This document shows, in pieces, positions 1 through 9,167 of a stretch of DNA of 64,000 nucleotides (position 1 is its first letter; every line of letters starts with the position of its first letter). Location of the stretch: contig OZ244852.1 of the NCBI GenBank assembly GCA_965220965.1, forward strand, positions 896,001 to 960,000. The letters run 5' to 3'. Position numbers and translations under genes: made by a program. The DNA comes from Candidatus Marinacidobacterium sp. (GTDB taxonomy: Bacteria; Acidobacteriota; Vicinamibacteria; Marinacidobacterales; Marinacidobacteraceae). Below the pieces are notes generated by a model. That model was given only the letters and a program-made list of their open reading frames with translations. It ran no database searches and was not told the origin of the DNA.

Positions 1-70
1 CCGGCCGGCCCGGCGGGCCGACTCCCGATCCATCGGGCGCGGCCCGCGGGCCGCTCCCCGGTCGGTCGCC

Positions 71-1054
71 CTACCGGCCGCCCTCGTCGCTCGTCTCGTC
101 GGGGGCGGCATAGTAGCCCTTGCGGGTGCGGGCGATGAGGTCGTCGCGGTCCCGGATCCGGACCTCGATGGAGCGCCAGCCGCCTTCCTTGCGGTCGCGC
201 GAGGGGAGGTACGCGAGCTGGTACTGCCGGTGGAGCTCGTGCTGGATCTGCCGGAAGTGGCGGGAGAGATCCTCGATCTCCTCGGGATAGAACGACCGCC
301 CGCCGCTCTGCTCCGCCACCGCGTCGAGGAACGGCCGGTTCAGCTTCCCGCCGCCCTCCGGACTCCAGCCGGTGTAGCCGACGGTGTAGATGGCGCCTTC
401 CGAGAGCCGCGCGCCTTCGAGCGCCTGCTCGCGGGTGCTGACGCTGCCCTTGGCGTCGGGCCCCGAGTCCTCGCCGTCGGACACCAGGATCAGCGCCTTG
501 CGCTCCTCGACCCGGGAGAGCTCCTGCAGCCCGGTCAGGATCGCGTCGTAGAGCGCGGTCCGGCCGAAGGGCCGCATGGCCCGGATCATGGACACCTGGT
601 CCCAGATCTCCTGGTCGTAGGGCGGGCCGAAGCGGACGCCCTCGCTGAACGTGGCGACCCGGCCCTTGTCGTCGCTGGCCATGTTCCGCAGGAAGAGGTA
701 GGCGGCGGTCTGGATCGCCGAGAGGCTGGAGCGCACCGAGGCCGAGGAGTCGAGCAGCAGCAGGCTGGTCACCGGCGTCAGCTCGGCGGTGAAGTAGCGG
801 ATGTCCTGCTCGACGCCGTCCTCGAGGATCTGGAAGTCGGCCTGCTCGAGCCCGGTCACGAAGCGGCCCCGGCGGTCCTCGACGACGACGTCCAGCGTGA
901 CGCTCGGGACCCGCACCATGAAACTGAACCGGTCGCCCAGGGTGGCTTCCCGGGCGGTCTGGCCCTCGGGGGGCTGCGGCGGCTGCGCGGCGAGGGCGGT
1001 CTTCGCCCACACTCCGGGCGGGACGAGGAACAGGAGGAGAAGGGCGAAACGCAT
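71..1054 (-). CDS. VWA domain protein (Acidobacterial VWFA-related type), exported
   Basis: ATG at 1054 gives MRFALLLLFL signal peptide; V-x-V-x-D-x-x-G-x-F-V-T-G-L N-terminus, MIDAS DSSAS, TALYDAI, LVSDGED, C-terminal RTRKGYYA. Confidence 0.85.
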   Translation of the reverse strand: MRFALLLLFLVPPGVWAKTALAAQPPQPPEGQTAREATLGDRFSFMVRVPSVTLDVVVEDRRGRFVTGLEQADFQILEDGVEQDIRYFTAELTPVTSLLLLDSSASVRSSLSAIQTAAYLFLRNMASDDKGRVATFSEGVRFGPPYDQEIWDQVSMIRAMRPFGRTALYDAILTGLQELSRVEERKALILVSDGEDSGPDAKGSVSTREQALEGARLSEGAIYTVGYTGWSPEGGGKLNRPFLDAVAEQSGGRSFYPEEIEDLSRHFRQIQHELHRQYQLAYLPSRDRKEGGWRSIEVRIRDRDDLIARTRKGYYAAPDETSDEGGR

Positions 1055-1231
1055 GGAGAACCGCTGTTCCGGGAGTCTAGGTTTCCGCGGCGCGCTCCGT
1101 CGAACGCGTTTCCCTCGTTCGGGGATGCGCCTCGACCGCCCCGGGTGTTCGGCGGCCGGGCAATGCGTTACGCTCGCCTCTCCGGGGTCGGGCCCCTTCG
1201 GGTGGCGTCCGCCCCGCCAGGAGGTTGTCCC

Positions 1232-1702
1232 ATGAGCCACCGCGTCCGTCTCAAGGTGAACGGCGAGACCCGGGAAGTCGATGCCGAACCCCGGCTGCTG
1301 CTCTGTCACGTGCTGCGCGACGAGCTGGGCCTCACGGGCACGAACATCGGCTGCGACACGTCGCAGTGCGGGTCCTGCACGGTCCTGCTCGACGGCAAGG
1401 CGGTGAAGTCGTGCACCGTGCTCGGGGTCCAGGCGGACGGCTGCGAGGTGACGACGATCGAGGGCCTCGCCGGCGATAACGGCCTCCATCCGATCCAGCA
1501 GGCCTTCTGGGACAACCACGGCCTCCAGTGCGGGTTCTGCACGCCGGGGATGATCCTGACCGCGGTGGAGATCCTCGACCGGAATCCGGAGGCCAGTGAC
1601 GCCGAGGTCCGCCACGGCCTCGAGGGGAACATGTGCCGGTGCACCGGCTACGAGAACATCGTGAAGTCGATCGTCGCGGCGGGGGCCCGCGAGGGGGCCT
1701 GA
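1232..1702 (+). CDS. coxS: [2Fe-2S] small subunit of molybdenum hydroxylase (CoxS-like)
   Basis: GCDTSQCGSCTV and QCGFCTPG...CRCTGY motifs; AGGAGG RBS at 1219-1224. Confidence 0.93.
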   Translation: MSHRVRLKVNGETREVDAEPRLLLCHVLRDELGLTGTNIGCDTSQCGSCTVLLDGKAVKSCTVLGVQADGCEVTTIEGLAGDNGLHPIQQAFWDNHGLQCGFCTPGMILTAVEILDRNPEASDAEVRHGLEGNMCRCTGYENIVKSIVAAGAREGA

Positions 1703-1772
1703 CCCGCCGGGCGAGGCCGCAGAACGGGGAGCATCCGGACCGGGATTACGAGGGAGCACGAGGAGAACGAAG

Positions 1773-4136
1773 ATGGGCCGTTATGTAGGGAACTCGGTGA
1801 AGCGGCGGGAGGACCCCCGCTTCATCCAGGGCAAGGGCCGCTACGTGGCCAACCTCCAGATGCCGGGCATGGTTCACGTCGCGGTGAAGCGGAGCCCGCA
1901 CCCGCACGCCCGGATCACCGGGATCGATGCTTCGGCGGCGCTCGCGATGCACGGGGTGCTCGCCGTCTTCACCGGAGCGGACTTCAAGGAAGGCGGCTGT
2001 GGGGCGCTGCCCTGCGGCTGGCAGGTGCCGGGCACGAAGGTTCCCGAGCGCCTGGTGGTCGTCACCGACCGCGTGATGCACGTGGGCGACTCGGTGGCGG
2101 TCGTCGTGGCCGAGGACCCCTACGTGGCGACCGATGCGGTCGAGGCGATCGAGGTGGGCTACGAGCCGCTCCCGGCGGTCGTGGACGCCCGCGGAACGAC
2201 CGCTGCCGATGCGCCCCGGCTCTTCGGGGAGATCGACGCGAACACCTCGTACGACTGGGAGCTCGGCGACCGCGAAGCCTGTGACCAGGCGTTCGCCGAG
2301 GCCGACGAGACCGTCGAGCTCGAACTGGTGAACCAGCGGCTCATCCCGACGGCGATGGAGCCGCGCGCGGCCGCCGCGCAGTGGGACGCCGCCTCGGAAG
2401 AGATGACGGTCTGGACGACGAGCCAGAACCCGCACCCGATCCGCCTGCTGCTCTCCGCCTTCACGCTCGGCATCCCCGAGAGCAAGCTCCGGGTCATCTC
2501 TCCGGACGTGGGCGGCGGCTTCGGGAGCAAGATCTTCCACTACCCGGAAGAGGTCATCGTCCCCTGGGTCGCCCGGAAGCTCGGGCGTCCGGCGAAGTGG
2601 GTCGCGACGCGCACCGAGAGCCAGATGACCGACTCGCACGGGCGCGACCACGTGACCGTGGCCCGGCTGGCGATGAAGAGCGACGGGACCTTCACCGGGC
2701 TGGATGTCGAGACCTGGGCCAACCAGGGCGCTTACCTCTCGACCTTCGCGCCGCTCATCCCGACGGCGCTCTACATCACCTTGCTCGCCGGCAACTACCG
2801 CGCGAAGGGGGTCTACGGCAAGGTCCACGGCACGCTCACCAACACCGTCCCGGTGGACGCCTACCGGGGGGCCGGACGGCCGGAGGCCGCCTACCTGATC
2901 GAGCGGCTGGTGGATCTGGCCGCCGCCCGGCTGGGGCGCGATCCGCTCGACCTGCGCCGCCAGAACGCCATCCGCAAGGAGGAGTTCCCGTACCAGACGC
3001 CGGTGGCGTTCTGCTACGACAGCGGCGACTACGAGCGGCTCATGGCGAAGGCGGCCGACAACGCCGGATACGACGCGATGCGGAAGGCGCAGGCGGAAGC
3101 CCGCGCCGAGGGCCGGCTCCGCGGCGTCGGGGTCGTGTGCTGCATCGAGGCGAGCGGCCCCGCGCCCTCCGCGGTCGCCGGCTCGCTAGGCTCGGCCGTC
3201 GGGTTCTGGGAGAGCGGCGAGGTCCGCGTCCATCCGAGCGGGCAGGTGAGCGTCTTCACCGGGTCCCACACCCACGGGCAGGGGCACGAGACGACCCTCG
3301 CGCAGGTGGTGGCCGATGAACTCGGGGTCCCGCTGGAGAGCGTCGAGGTCGTCCACGGCGACACCGGCCGCATCAACTTCGGGATGGGCACCTACGGCAG
3401 CCGGAGCGCCTGCGTCGGCGGTTCGGCGCTCGTCCGGAGCGCCGAGAAGGTCCGCGCCAAGGTCCTGAAGATCGGCGCCCATCTCCTCGAGGCGGCGGAA
3501 GAGGATGTGGTCTACGACCGGGACACCGGCCGCGTCCACGTCCGCGGTTCGGAGGAGCGGGGCAAGGACTTCGGGGAGATCGCGTTCGCGGCCTACACCG
3601 CGCACAACATGCCGGAGGGCGTCGAGCCGGGGCTCGACTTCACGAGCTTCTATGACCCGTCCAACTTCACCTTCCCGGCGAGCTCGCACATCTGCGAGGT
3701 CGAGGTCTGCCCCGACACCTGGGAGGTGAAGATCCTCCGCTACGTGGCGGTGGACGATGTGGGCAAGGTGATCAACCCGATGATCGTCGAGGGCCAGATC
3801 CAAGGCGGCGTCGTCCAGGGCGTGGGCCAGGCGCTCACCGAAACCGGGGTCTACTCCGACGACGGAGGTCTCCTGTCCGGGACGCTTCTCGAATACGCCG
3901 TGCCGCGGGCCGACCTGCTGCCCGGCATCGAGGTCGACCGGATCGAGACCCCCTCGCCGCACAACCCGCTCGGCGTCAAGGGCGCCGGCGAGATGGGCAC
4001 GATCGCGGCCACCCCGGTGGTCGCGAACGCCGTCATGGACGCGCTGCGGCCCCTCGGAGTGGACCATCTGGAGCTGCCGCTGACGCCGGAGCGCATCTGG
4101 CGCGCGGTGCGGGAGGCGAGAGCCCGGGCCGCCTGA
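1773..4136 (+). CDS. coxL: Molybdopterin-binding large subunit, xanthine dehydrogenase / form II CoxL family
   Basis: VGGGFGSK, AYRGAGRPEA (form II loop), HGQGHET, GTYGSRS, KGAGE. Confidence 0.92.
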   Translation: MGRYVGNSVKRREDPRFIQGKGRYVANLQMPGMVHVAVKRSPHPHARITGIDASAALAMHGVLAVFTGADFKEGGCGALPCGWQVPGTKVPERLVVVTDRVMHVGDSVAVVVAEDPYVATDAVEAIEVGYEPLPAVVDARGTTAADAPRLFGEIDANTSYDWELGDREACDQAFAEADETVELELVNQRLIPTAMEPRAAAAQWDAASEEMTVWTTSQNPHPIRLLLSAFTLGIPESKLRVISPDVGGGFGSKIFHYPEEVIVPWVARKLGRPAKWVATRTESQMTDSHGRDHVTVARLAMKSDGTFTGLDVETWANQGAYLSTFAPLIPTALYITLLAGNYRAKGVYGKVHGTLTNTVPVDAYRGAGRPEAAYLIERLVDLAAARLGRDPLDLRRQNAIRKEEFPYQTPVAFCYDSGDYERLMAKAADNAGYDAMRKAQAEARAEGRLRGVGVVCCIEASGPAPSAVAGSLGSAVGFWESGEVRVHPSGQVSVFTGSHTHGQGHETTLAQVVADELGVPLESVEVVHGDTGRINFGMGTYGSRSACVGGSALVRSAEKVRAKVLKIGAHLLEAAEEDVVYDRDTGRVHVRGSEERGKDFGEIAFAAYTAHNMPEGVEPGLDFTSFYDPSNFTFPASSHICEVEVCPDTWEVKILRYVAVDDVGKVINPMIVEGQIQGGVVQGVGQALTETGVYSDDGGLLSGTLLEYAVPRADLLPGIEVDRIETPSPHNPLGVKGAGEMGTIAATPVVANAVMDALRPLGVDHLELPLTPERIWRAVREARARAA

Positions 4137-4185
4137 GCCGGAGACCGGAGCAACACGAGCCAGAGACGAGACCAGGGAGAACCCG

Positions 4186-5040
4186 ATGTATCCGAGCCGA
4201 TTCGATTACCACCGCGCCGCCACCCTCGAGGAAGCCATCGAGCTCCTCGGCTCGATCGACGGCGCGAAGCTCGTGTCCGGCGGGCACAGCCTGATCCCGG
4301 CGATGAAGCTCCGGGTGGCGCAGCCGGCGGCGCTCGTGGACATCGGGCGGATCGCGGGCCTGTCGGGCATCCGCTCCGGCGATGGACAGCTCGTCATCGG
4401 CGCGCTGACCACCCACAGCGAAGTCGCGGGCTCTCAGGCGGTGCGCGATGCCTGTCCCGGTCTCGCGGAGGCGGCGGGCGCCATCGGCGATATCCAGGTG
4501 CGGAACCGCGGGACCATCGGCGGCAGCCTCGCCCACAACGACCCGGGCGCCGACTACCCGGCGACCATGCTCGCGCTCGGCGCCGAGGTCACCGCCGTCG
4601 GGAAGAACGGATCCCGCACGATCGCGGCGTCGGACCTGTTCGTGGATCTGTTCACGACATCGCTCGACGATTCGGAAGTCCTCACCGAGGTCCGGATCCC
4701 GGCCGCTGCGGGCTCGGCCTACGAGAAGCACCGTCATCCGGCGTCCAGCTACGCGGTGGTCGGAGTCGCCGCCCGCGTCGCCACCGCAGGCGGCCAGGTC
4801 ACCGATTGCGCGGTGGGCGTGAACGGCGTGACCGGCTGCGCGGTGCTGGCCGGCGGGGTGTCCGGGGCGCTGATGGGCGGCCCGGCTTCGGAAGAGCGGA
4901 TCCGCGCGGCCGCGGCCCGGGTCGGAGAGAGCCTCGGGGGCGCGGTCGGCGACCTCTACGCCTCGGCCGAGTTCCGGGTCCATCTCGCCGAGGTCCACGT
5001 GCGCCGCGCGCTCGCGCGGGCGGCGGGACGCGCCGGCTGA
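4186..5040 (+). CDS. coxM: FAD-binding medium subunit (CoxM-like)
   Basis: MYPSRFDYHRA start, GGHSLIPAMKLR, QVRNRGTIGGSLAHNDP. Confidence 0.92.
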   Translation: MYPSRFDYHRAATLEEAIELLGSIDGAKLVSGGHSLIPAMKLRVAQPAALVDIGRIAGLSGIRSGDGQLVIGALTTHSEVAGSQAVRDACPGLAEAAGAIGDIQVRNRGTIGGSLAHNDPGADYPATMLALGAEVTAVGKNGSRTIAASDLFVDLFTTSLDDSEVLTEVRIPAAAGSAYEKHRHPASSYAVVGVAARVATAGGQVTDCAVGVNGVTGCAVLAGGVSGALMGGPASEERIRAAAARVGESLGGAVGDLYASAEFRVHLAEVHVRRALARAAGRAG

Positions 5041-5079
5041 TCCTGCCGACTGTCCGCATCGTCCCTGTCTGACGCCGTC

Positions 5080-6000
5080 TTGACCGCTCCGGGCCGTCGG
5101 TCCGGGGTCGGGCCCGCCTCCGCGCCGGAGCTTGCCGAGGCGCTCGCCCGCCACGGGTACATCGCCGACGCCGGGCTGGCGACCTCGCTCTTTCTGGCGC
5201 TGCGGCTCGAGCGGCCGCTCTTTCTCGAAGGCGAGGCCGGGGTGGGGAAGACCGAGCTCGCCAAGACCGTCGCCGCGGCGCTCGACGCCCCGCTCATCCG
5301 GCTGCAGTGCTACGAGGGCATCGACATCGCCCAGGCCGCCTACGACTGGAACTATGCGCGGCAGATGCTCGCCATCCGGCTCGCGGAGAGCCGCGGCGAG
5401 GCGCTCGGCGAGCGGGATCTCTTCGGACCGGAGTTCCTGCTGCGCCGGCCGCTGCTCGAGGCGCTCGAGGGGTCGTCGGCGGAGTCCCGTCCGGTCCTCC
5501 TGCTCGACGAGGTGGACCGCAGCGACGAGGAGTTTGAGGCCTACCTTTTGGAGGTGCTCTCCGAGTTCCAGATCACGATCCCCGAGATCGGGCCGATCCG
5601 CGCCGCCGCGCCGCCGGTGGTCGTGCTCACCTCGAACCGGACCCGCGAGGTGCACGACGCGCTGAAGCGGCGCTGCCTCTACCACTGGATCCCCTATCCC
5701 GACTACGAGCGCGAGCTCGAGATCGTGCGCGAGCGGGTTCCCGATGCGGCTGCCGGGCTCGCCGCCGAGGCGACGCGGTTCGCGCAGGAGCTGCGGCGGA
5801 TGGACCTCTTCAAGCGTCCCGGGGTCTCGGAGACGCTCGACTGGACGACGGCGCTGGCCGCGCTCGGCCGCACGGCGCTCGATGAAGCGGTCGTGGACCG
5901 GACGCTGGGGGTGCTGCTCAAGTACCGCGACGATCTGGAGAACGTGCGGGGCGAGCGCGCGCAGTCGGTCCTCGCCCGGGTCGCGGCGTCGACGCCGTGA
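5080..6000 (+). CDS. coxD: MoxR-family AAA+ ATPase (CoxD-like)
   Basis: Walker A GEAGVGKT, RLQCYEG, Walker B LLLDEVD, TSNRTREVHDALKRRC. Confidence 0.9.
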   Translation: MTAPGRRSGVGPASAPELAEALARHGYIADAGLATSLFLALRLERPLFLEGEAGVGKTELAKTVAAALDAPLIRLQCYEGIDIAQAAYDWNYARQMLAIRLAESRGEALGERDLFGPEFLLRRPLLEALEGSSAESRPVLLLDEVDRSDEEFEAYLLEVLSEFQITIPEIGPIRAAAPPVVVLTSNRTREVHDALKRRCLYHWIPYPDYERELEIVRERVPDAAAGLAAEATRFAQELRRMDLFKRPGVSETLDWTTALAALGRTALDEAVVDRTLGVLLKYRDDLENVRGERAQSVLARVAASTP

Positions 6001-7253
6001 GTCCGGCGCCCCGGTCGGCGCCGGATGCGCGTTCGACGGTTCCGCCGCTGCTGCGGAACCTGACCCTCTTCGGACGCCTTCTCCGGGGCCTCGGCCTTCC
6101 GGTGTCGCACGCCCGGATGCTGGACCTCGCGGAGGCGCTCACCCTCGTGGACATCTTCCGGCGCGAGCAGTTCCACGCCGCGGCGCGCGCGCTGCTCGTC
6201 CACCGGCGGGAGGACCTGGCGCTCTTCGACGCCGCCTTCGCGCTGTTCTGGGAGACGCCGCCCGAGCGCTGGTCGCGGGCGCGGCTGCCGGGCATGGTCC
6301 TGCGGCGCCGGGTTCCGAAGGTGACGCCGGCGACGTTCCGGCCGCTCTCGGGATCGCCCGACGCCGGAAAGGAAGACACCCCGCCGCGTCCGCTGGCGCG
6401 CCGGGTGTGGAGCGACCGCGAGGCGCTCGCCCGGCGCGACTTCTCCGACCTCGACGAGGACGAGCTCCGCGAGGTCCAGGCGCTGATCCGGGAGGCTGGC
6501 TGGGAGGCGGCCCGCCGGCGGGTCGTGCGCTACCGGCCGGGAGGAAGGAAATCGCTCGACTTCCGCCGGACGCTGCGGCGGGGGGTGCGCACCGGCGGAG
6601 AGTGGCTTCGGCTCGAACGCCGCCGCCGGCGCGAAAAGCCCCGCCCGATCATCGTGCTCGCCGACGTGAGCGGTTCGATGGAACAGACCGCGCGCGTGCT
6701 GCTCCACTTCCTCTACGGCCTCTCCCACGGCGCGCCCGGGCGGGTGGAGGCGTTCGCGTTCGCGACGAGGCTGACGCGGCTCACCCGGAAGCTGGCCGAT
6801 CGCCGGGTGGACCGGGCGCTGGCCGAGGCCTCGGAAGCGGTGCGCGACTGGTCCGGCGGCACCCGGATCGGCGACGCGCTCCGCCGGTTCAATCGCGACT
6901 GGGCGCGCCGGCTCCCGACCTCCTCGGCGGTGTTCCTGCTGGTCAGCGACGGGTGGGACCGCGGCGATCCGGCGCTCGTCGCCGCCGAGATGGAGCGGCT
7001 CCGGGGGCTGGCGTGGCGGATCGTCTGGCTGAACCCGCTGCTCGCGGACCCGGGCTACGAGCCGCTGACGCGGGGGATGACCGCGGCGTTGCCCCACGTC
7101 CACGACTTCCTGCCGGTGAACAATCTCGAGAGCGTTCACAGCCTCGCCGAGCATCTCCGGCTGCTGAACCCGGTGCGGAGCCGTTCCGGTCGGCTCCCGG
7201 CGCCAAGCTGGACGCCGGCAACCGAAGCGGCGGAGGCCCACGTCCATGCATGA
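5997..7253 (+). CDS. coxE: CoxE-like VWA domain protein
   Basis: DVSGSM MIDAS, FAFATRLT, WSGGTRIG, SDGWDRG, WLNPL; GTGA overlap with coxD. Confidence 0.9.
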   Translation: MSPAPRSAPDARSTVPPLLRNLTLFGRLLRGLGLPVSHARMLDLAEALTLVDIFRREQFHAAARALLVHRREDLALFDAAFALFWETPPERWSRARLPGMVLRRRVPKVTPATFRPLSGSPDAGKEDTPPRPLARRVWSDREALARRDFSDLDEDELREVQALIREAGWEAARRRVVRYRPGGRKSLDFRRTLRRGVRTGGEWLRLERRRRREKPRPIIVLADVSGSMEQTARVLLHFLYGLSHGAPGRVEAFAFATRLTRLTRKLADRRVDRALAEASEAVRDWSGGTRIGDALRRFNRDWARRLPTSSAVFLLVSDGWDRGDPALVAAEMERLRGLAWRIVWLNPLLADPGYEPLTRGMTAALPHVHDFLPVNNLESVHSLAEHLRLLNPVRSRSGRLPAPSWTPATEAAEAHVHA

Positions 7254-8265
7254 CATCGCGCCTGTCCTCGACCGGTGGCTCGCCGGCGGAGGACCGCTCG
7301 CGCTCTCCACGGTCGTCGAGACCTGGGGCTCGGGGCCGCGTCGGCCGGGGGCGCGGATGACAGTGGACCCGGAGGGAGCGATCGCCGGGTCGGTCAGCGG
7401 GGGGTGCGTCGAGGGGGCGGTGGTCCGGACCGCGCGCGAGGTGATCCGCACCGGAGAGCCGCAGTTGCTCCGGTTCGCGGTGGCCGACGAGACCGCCTGG
7501 GAGGTCGGGCTCTCCTGCGGCGGCGCGATCTCGGTGTTCGTGGAGCGACCCGACGATGCGTCGATGCGCGCCGTTCGCGAAGCGATGGCGGCGCGGATTC
7601 CGGTGAGCCTCGCGGTTGTCGTCGAGGGTTCCGGCCTCGGGGAGCGCGCGGTCGTGACCGGGGAGGCGGCGAGCGGGGAGGAGTCGCTGGTGGCCGTCGG
7701 CCGCGAGGCGCTCGCGGCCGGGCGCCCCCAGGTCCGGGAGACGCCAGGCGGCCGGGTGTTCGCCGACCTGATCCTTCCGCCGGACTCGCTCGTCATCGTG
7801 GGCGGGGTCCACATCGCCCAGACGCTCTCGCTGCTGGCGCGCGCGGTGGGCTACCGGGTGGCGATCTGCGATCCGCGTCCGGTGTTCGGTTCGCCGGAGA
7901 GGTTCCCGGGGGTGGAGCTCGTCAACGACTGGCCGGAAGAGGGGTTCCGGCGGATCGGGCTCGACGCCGGGACCGCGGTCGCGACGCTGACCCACGATCC
8001 GAAGCTGGATGACCCGGCGCTCGCCGCGGCGCTCGCCAGCCCGGCGTTCTACGTGGGGGCGCTGGGGAGCCGCCGGACGCACGCCCGCCGGCTCGAGCGG
8101 CTCCGTCGGCGGGGGGTCGCGGAGGCCGATCTGGCGCGCATCGCCGCGCCCATCGGTCTGCCGATCGGGGCCCGCACGCCCGACCAGATCGCGCTGGCCG
8201 TCCTCGCGCAGGTGGTGGCCGCCCGCAACCAGGCGGGCGGTTCCACTGCGCCGGGCGCCGGATAA
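7246..8265 (+). CDS. XdhC/CoxF family molybdenum cofactor maturation protein
   Basis: TWGSGPRRPG, GSVSGGCVEG, GLSCGG, THDPKLDD, YVGALGSRRT, APIGL. Confidence 0.9.
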   Translation: MHDIAPVLDRWLAGGGPLALSTVVETWGSGPRRPGARMTVDPEGAIAGSVSGGCVEGAVVRTAREVIRTGEPQLLRFAVADETAWEVGLSCGGAISVFVERPDDASMRAVREAMAARIPVSLAVVVEGSGLGERAVVTGEAASGEESLVAVGREALAAGRPQVRETPGGRVFADLILPPDSLVIVGGVHIAQTLSLLARAVGYRVAICDPRPVFGSPERFPGVELVNDWPEEGFRRIGLDAGTAVATLTHDPKLDDPALAAALASPAFYVGALGSRRTHARRLERLRRRGVAEADLARIAAPIGLPIGARTPDQIALAVLAQVVAARNQAGGSTAPGAG

Positions 8266-8311
8266 AATCGGCGTCCGCTTCGATCACGCTCCGTCAGGAG
8301 GAGAAACGCCG

Positions 8312-9103
8312 ATGCAGGGAATCATGGACGGCCTCCAGTTCATCATCCGCTGGCTCCACGTCTTCGTGGGGATCCTGTGGATCGGCCATCTCTATTTCTT
8401 CAACTTCGTGAACGGCCAGACGATGGCCCAACTCACCGGCGGAGCGCGGCGGGAGGTCGTCCCCGAGCTCATGCCGCGGGCGCTCTACTGGTTCCGGTGG
8501 GGTGCCGCCTGGACCTGGATCTCCGGCGTGGTGCTGCTCCTCCTGATCTTCTACCACGGCGGCCTGACGCTCGACCTCGGCATGAGCTGGGGGCTCGGCG
8601 CGATCCTCATGATCGCGGTCACCTTCTTCGGCGTCTTCGTCTACGACGCGCTCTGGAGCAGCGGCCTGAAGTCGAACATGCGCGCGGCGACGATCGTCTC
8701 GTTCCTGCTCCTCGCGGTGGTCGTCTGGGCGTTCGTGAACATCGGCGGGTTCCAGCCGCGGGCCGTCCTGATCCACACCGGCGCGCTCTTCGGGACGATG
8801 ATGGCCTTCAACGTCTGGTTCCGGATCTGGCCCGCCCAGCAGCGGATCATCGCGGCGGTGAAGGCCGGACAGGCGCCCGCCGCCGCCGATCCTGCGCTCG
8901 CCGGGCTCCGTTCGAAGCACAACACCTACATGTCGCTTCCGCTGCTGTGGGCGATGGCGAACGAGCACGCCACCCCCTTCTTCGGCGGCAACTTCGGGAT
9001 CCCCGGCGACTACTACTGGGTGGCCTGGCTCGTCGTGATCGCGATCGCCTGGCACGTCGTGTTCCAGTGCTACCGGATCGCCGGCCGCCTGAAGGGGATG
9101 TAG
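8312..9103 (+). CDS. Urate hydroxylase PuuD-like membrane protein (no cytochrome c domain)
   Basis: RWLHV..GI.WIG..YFFN, FRWGAAWTWISG, NVWFRIWPAQQRI, RSKHNTY; AGGAGG RBS; about 8 TM helices; no CxxCH. Confidence 0.75.
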   Translation: MQGIMDGLQFIIRWLHVFVGILWIGHLYFFNFVNGQTMAQLTGGARREVVPELMPRALYWFRWGAAWTWISGVVLLLLIFYHGGLTLDLGMSWGLGAILMIAVTFFGVFVYDALWSSGLKSNMRAATIVSFLLLAVVVWAFVNIGGFQPRAVLIHTGALFGTMMAFNVWFRIWPAQQRIIAAVKAGQAPAAADPALAGLRSKHNTYMSLPLLWAMANEHATPFFGGNFGIPGDYYWVAWLVVIAIAWHVVFQCYRIAGRLKGM

Positions 9104-9167
9104 AAGGCGCGACGCGCCAACCGGGACGGTCGGGGCGGCGTCCGATCGGCGCCGCCTCGGCCGGGAG

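Noticed and set aside
1-33. Start of a further minus-strand gene (ATG at 33)
   Set aside because: Only 11 codons lie inside the window, so it cannot be supported.
1773-4136. Bona fide aerobic CO dehydrogenase (form I)
   Set aside because: Active-site loop is AYRGAGR, not AYxCSFR, and the gene order is S-L-M rather than M-S-L.
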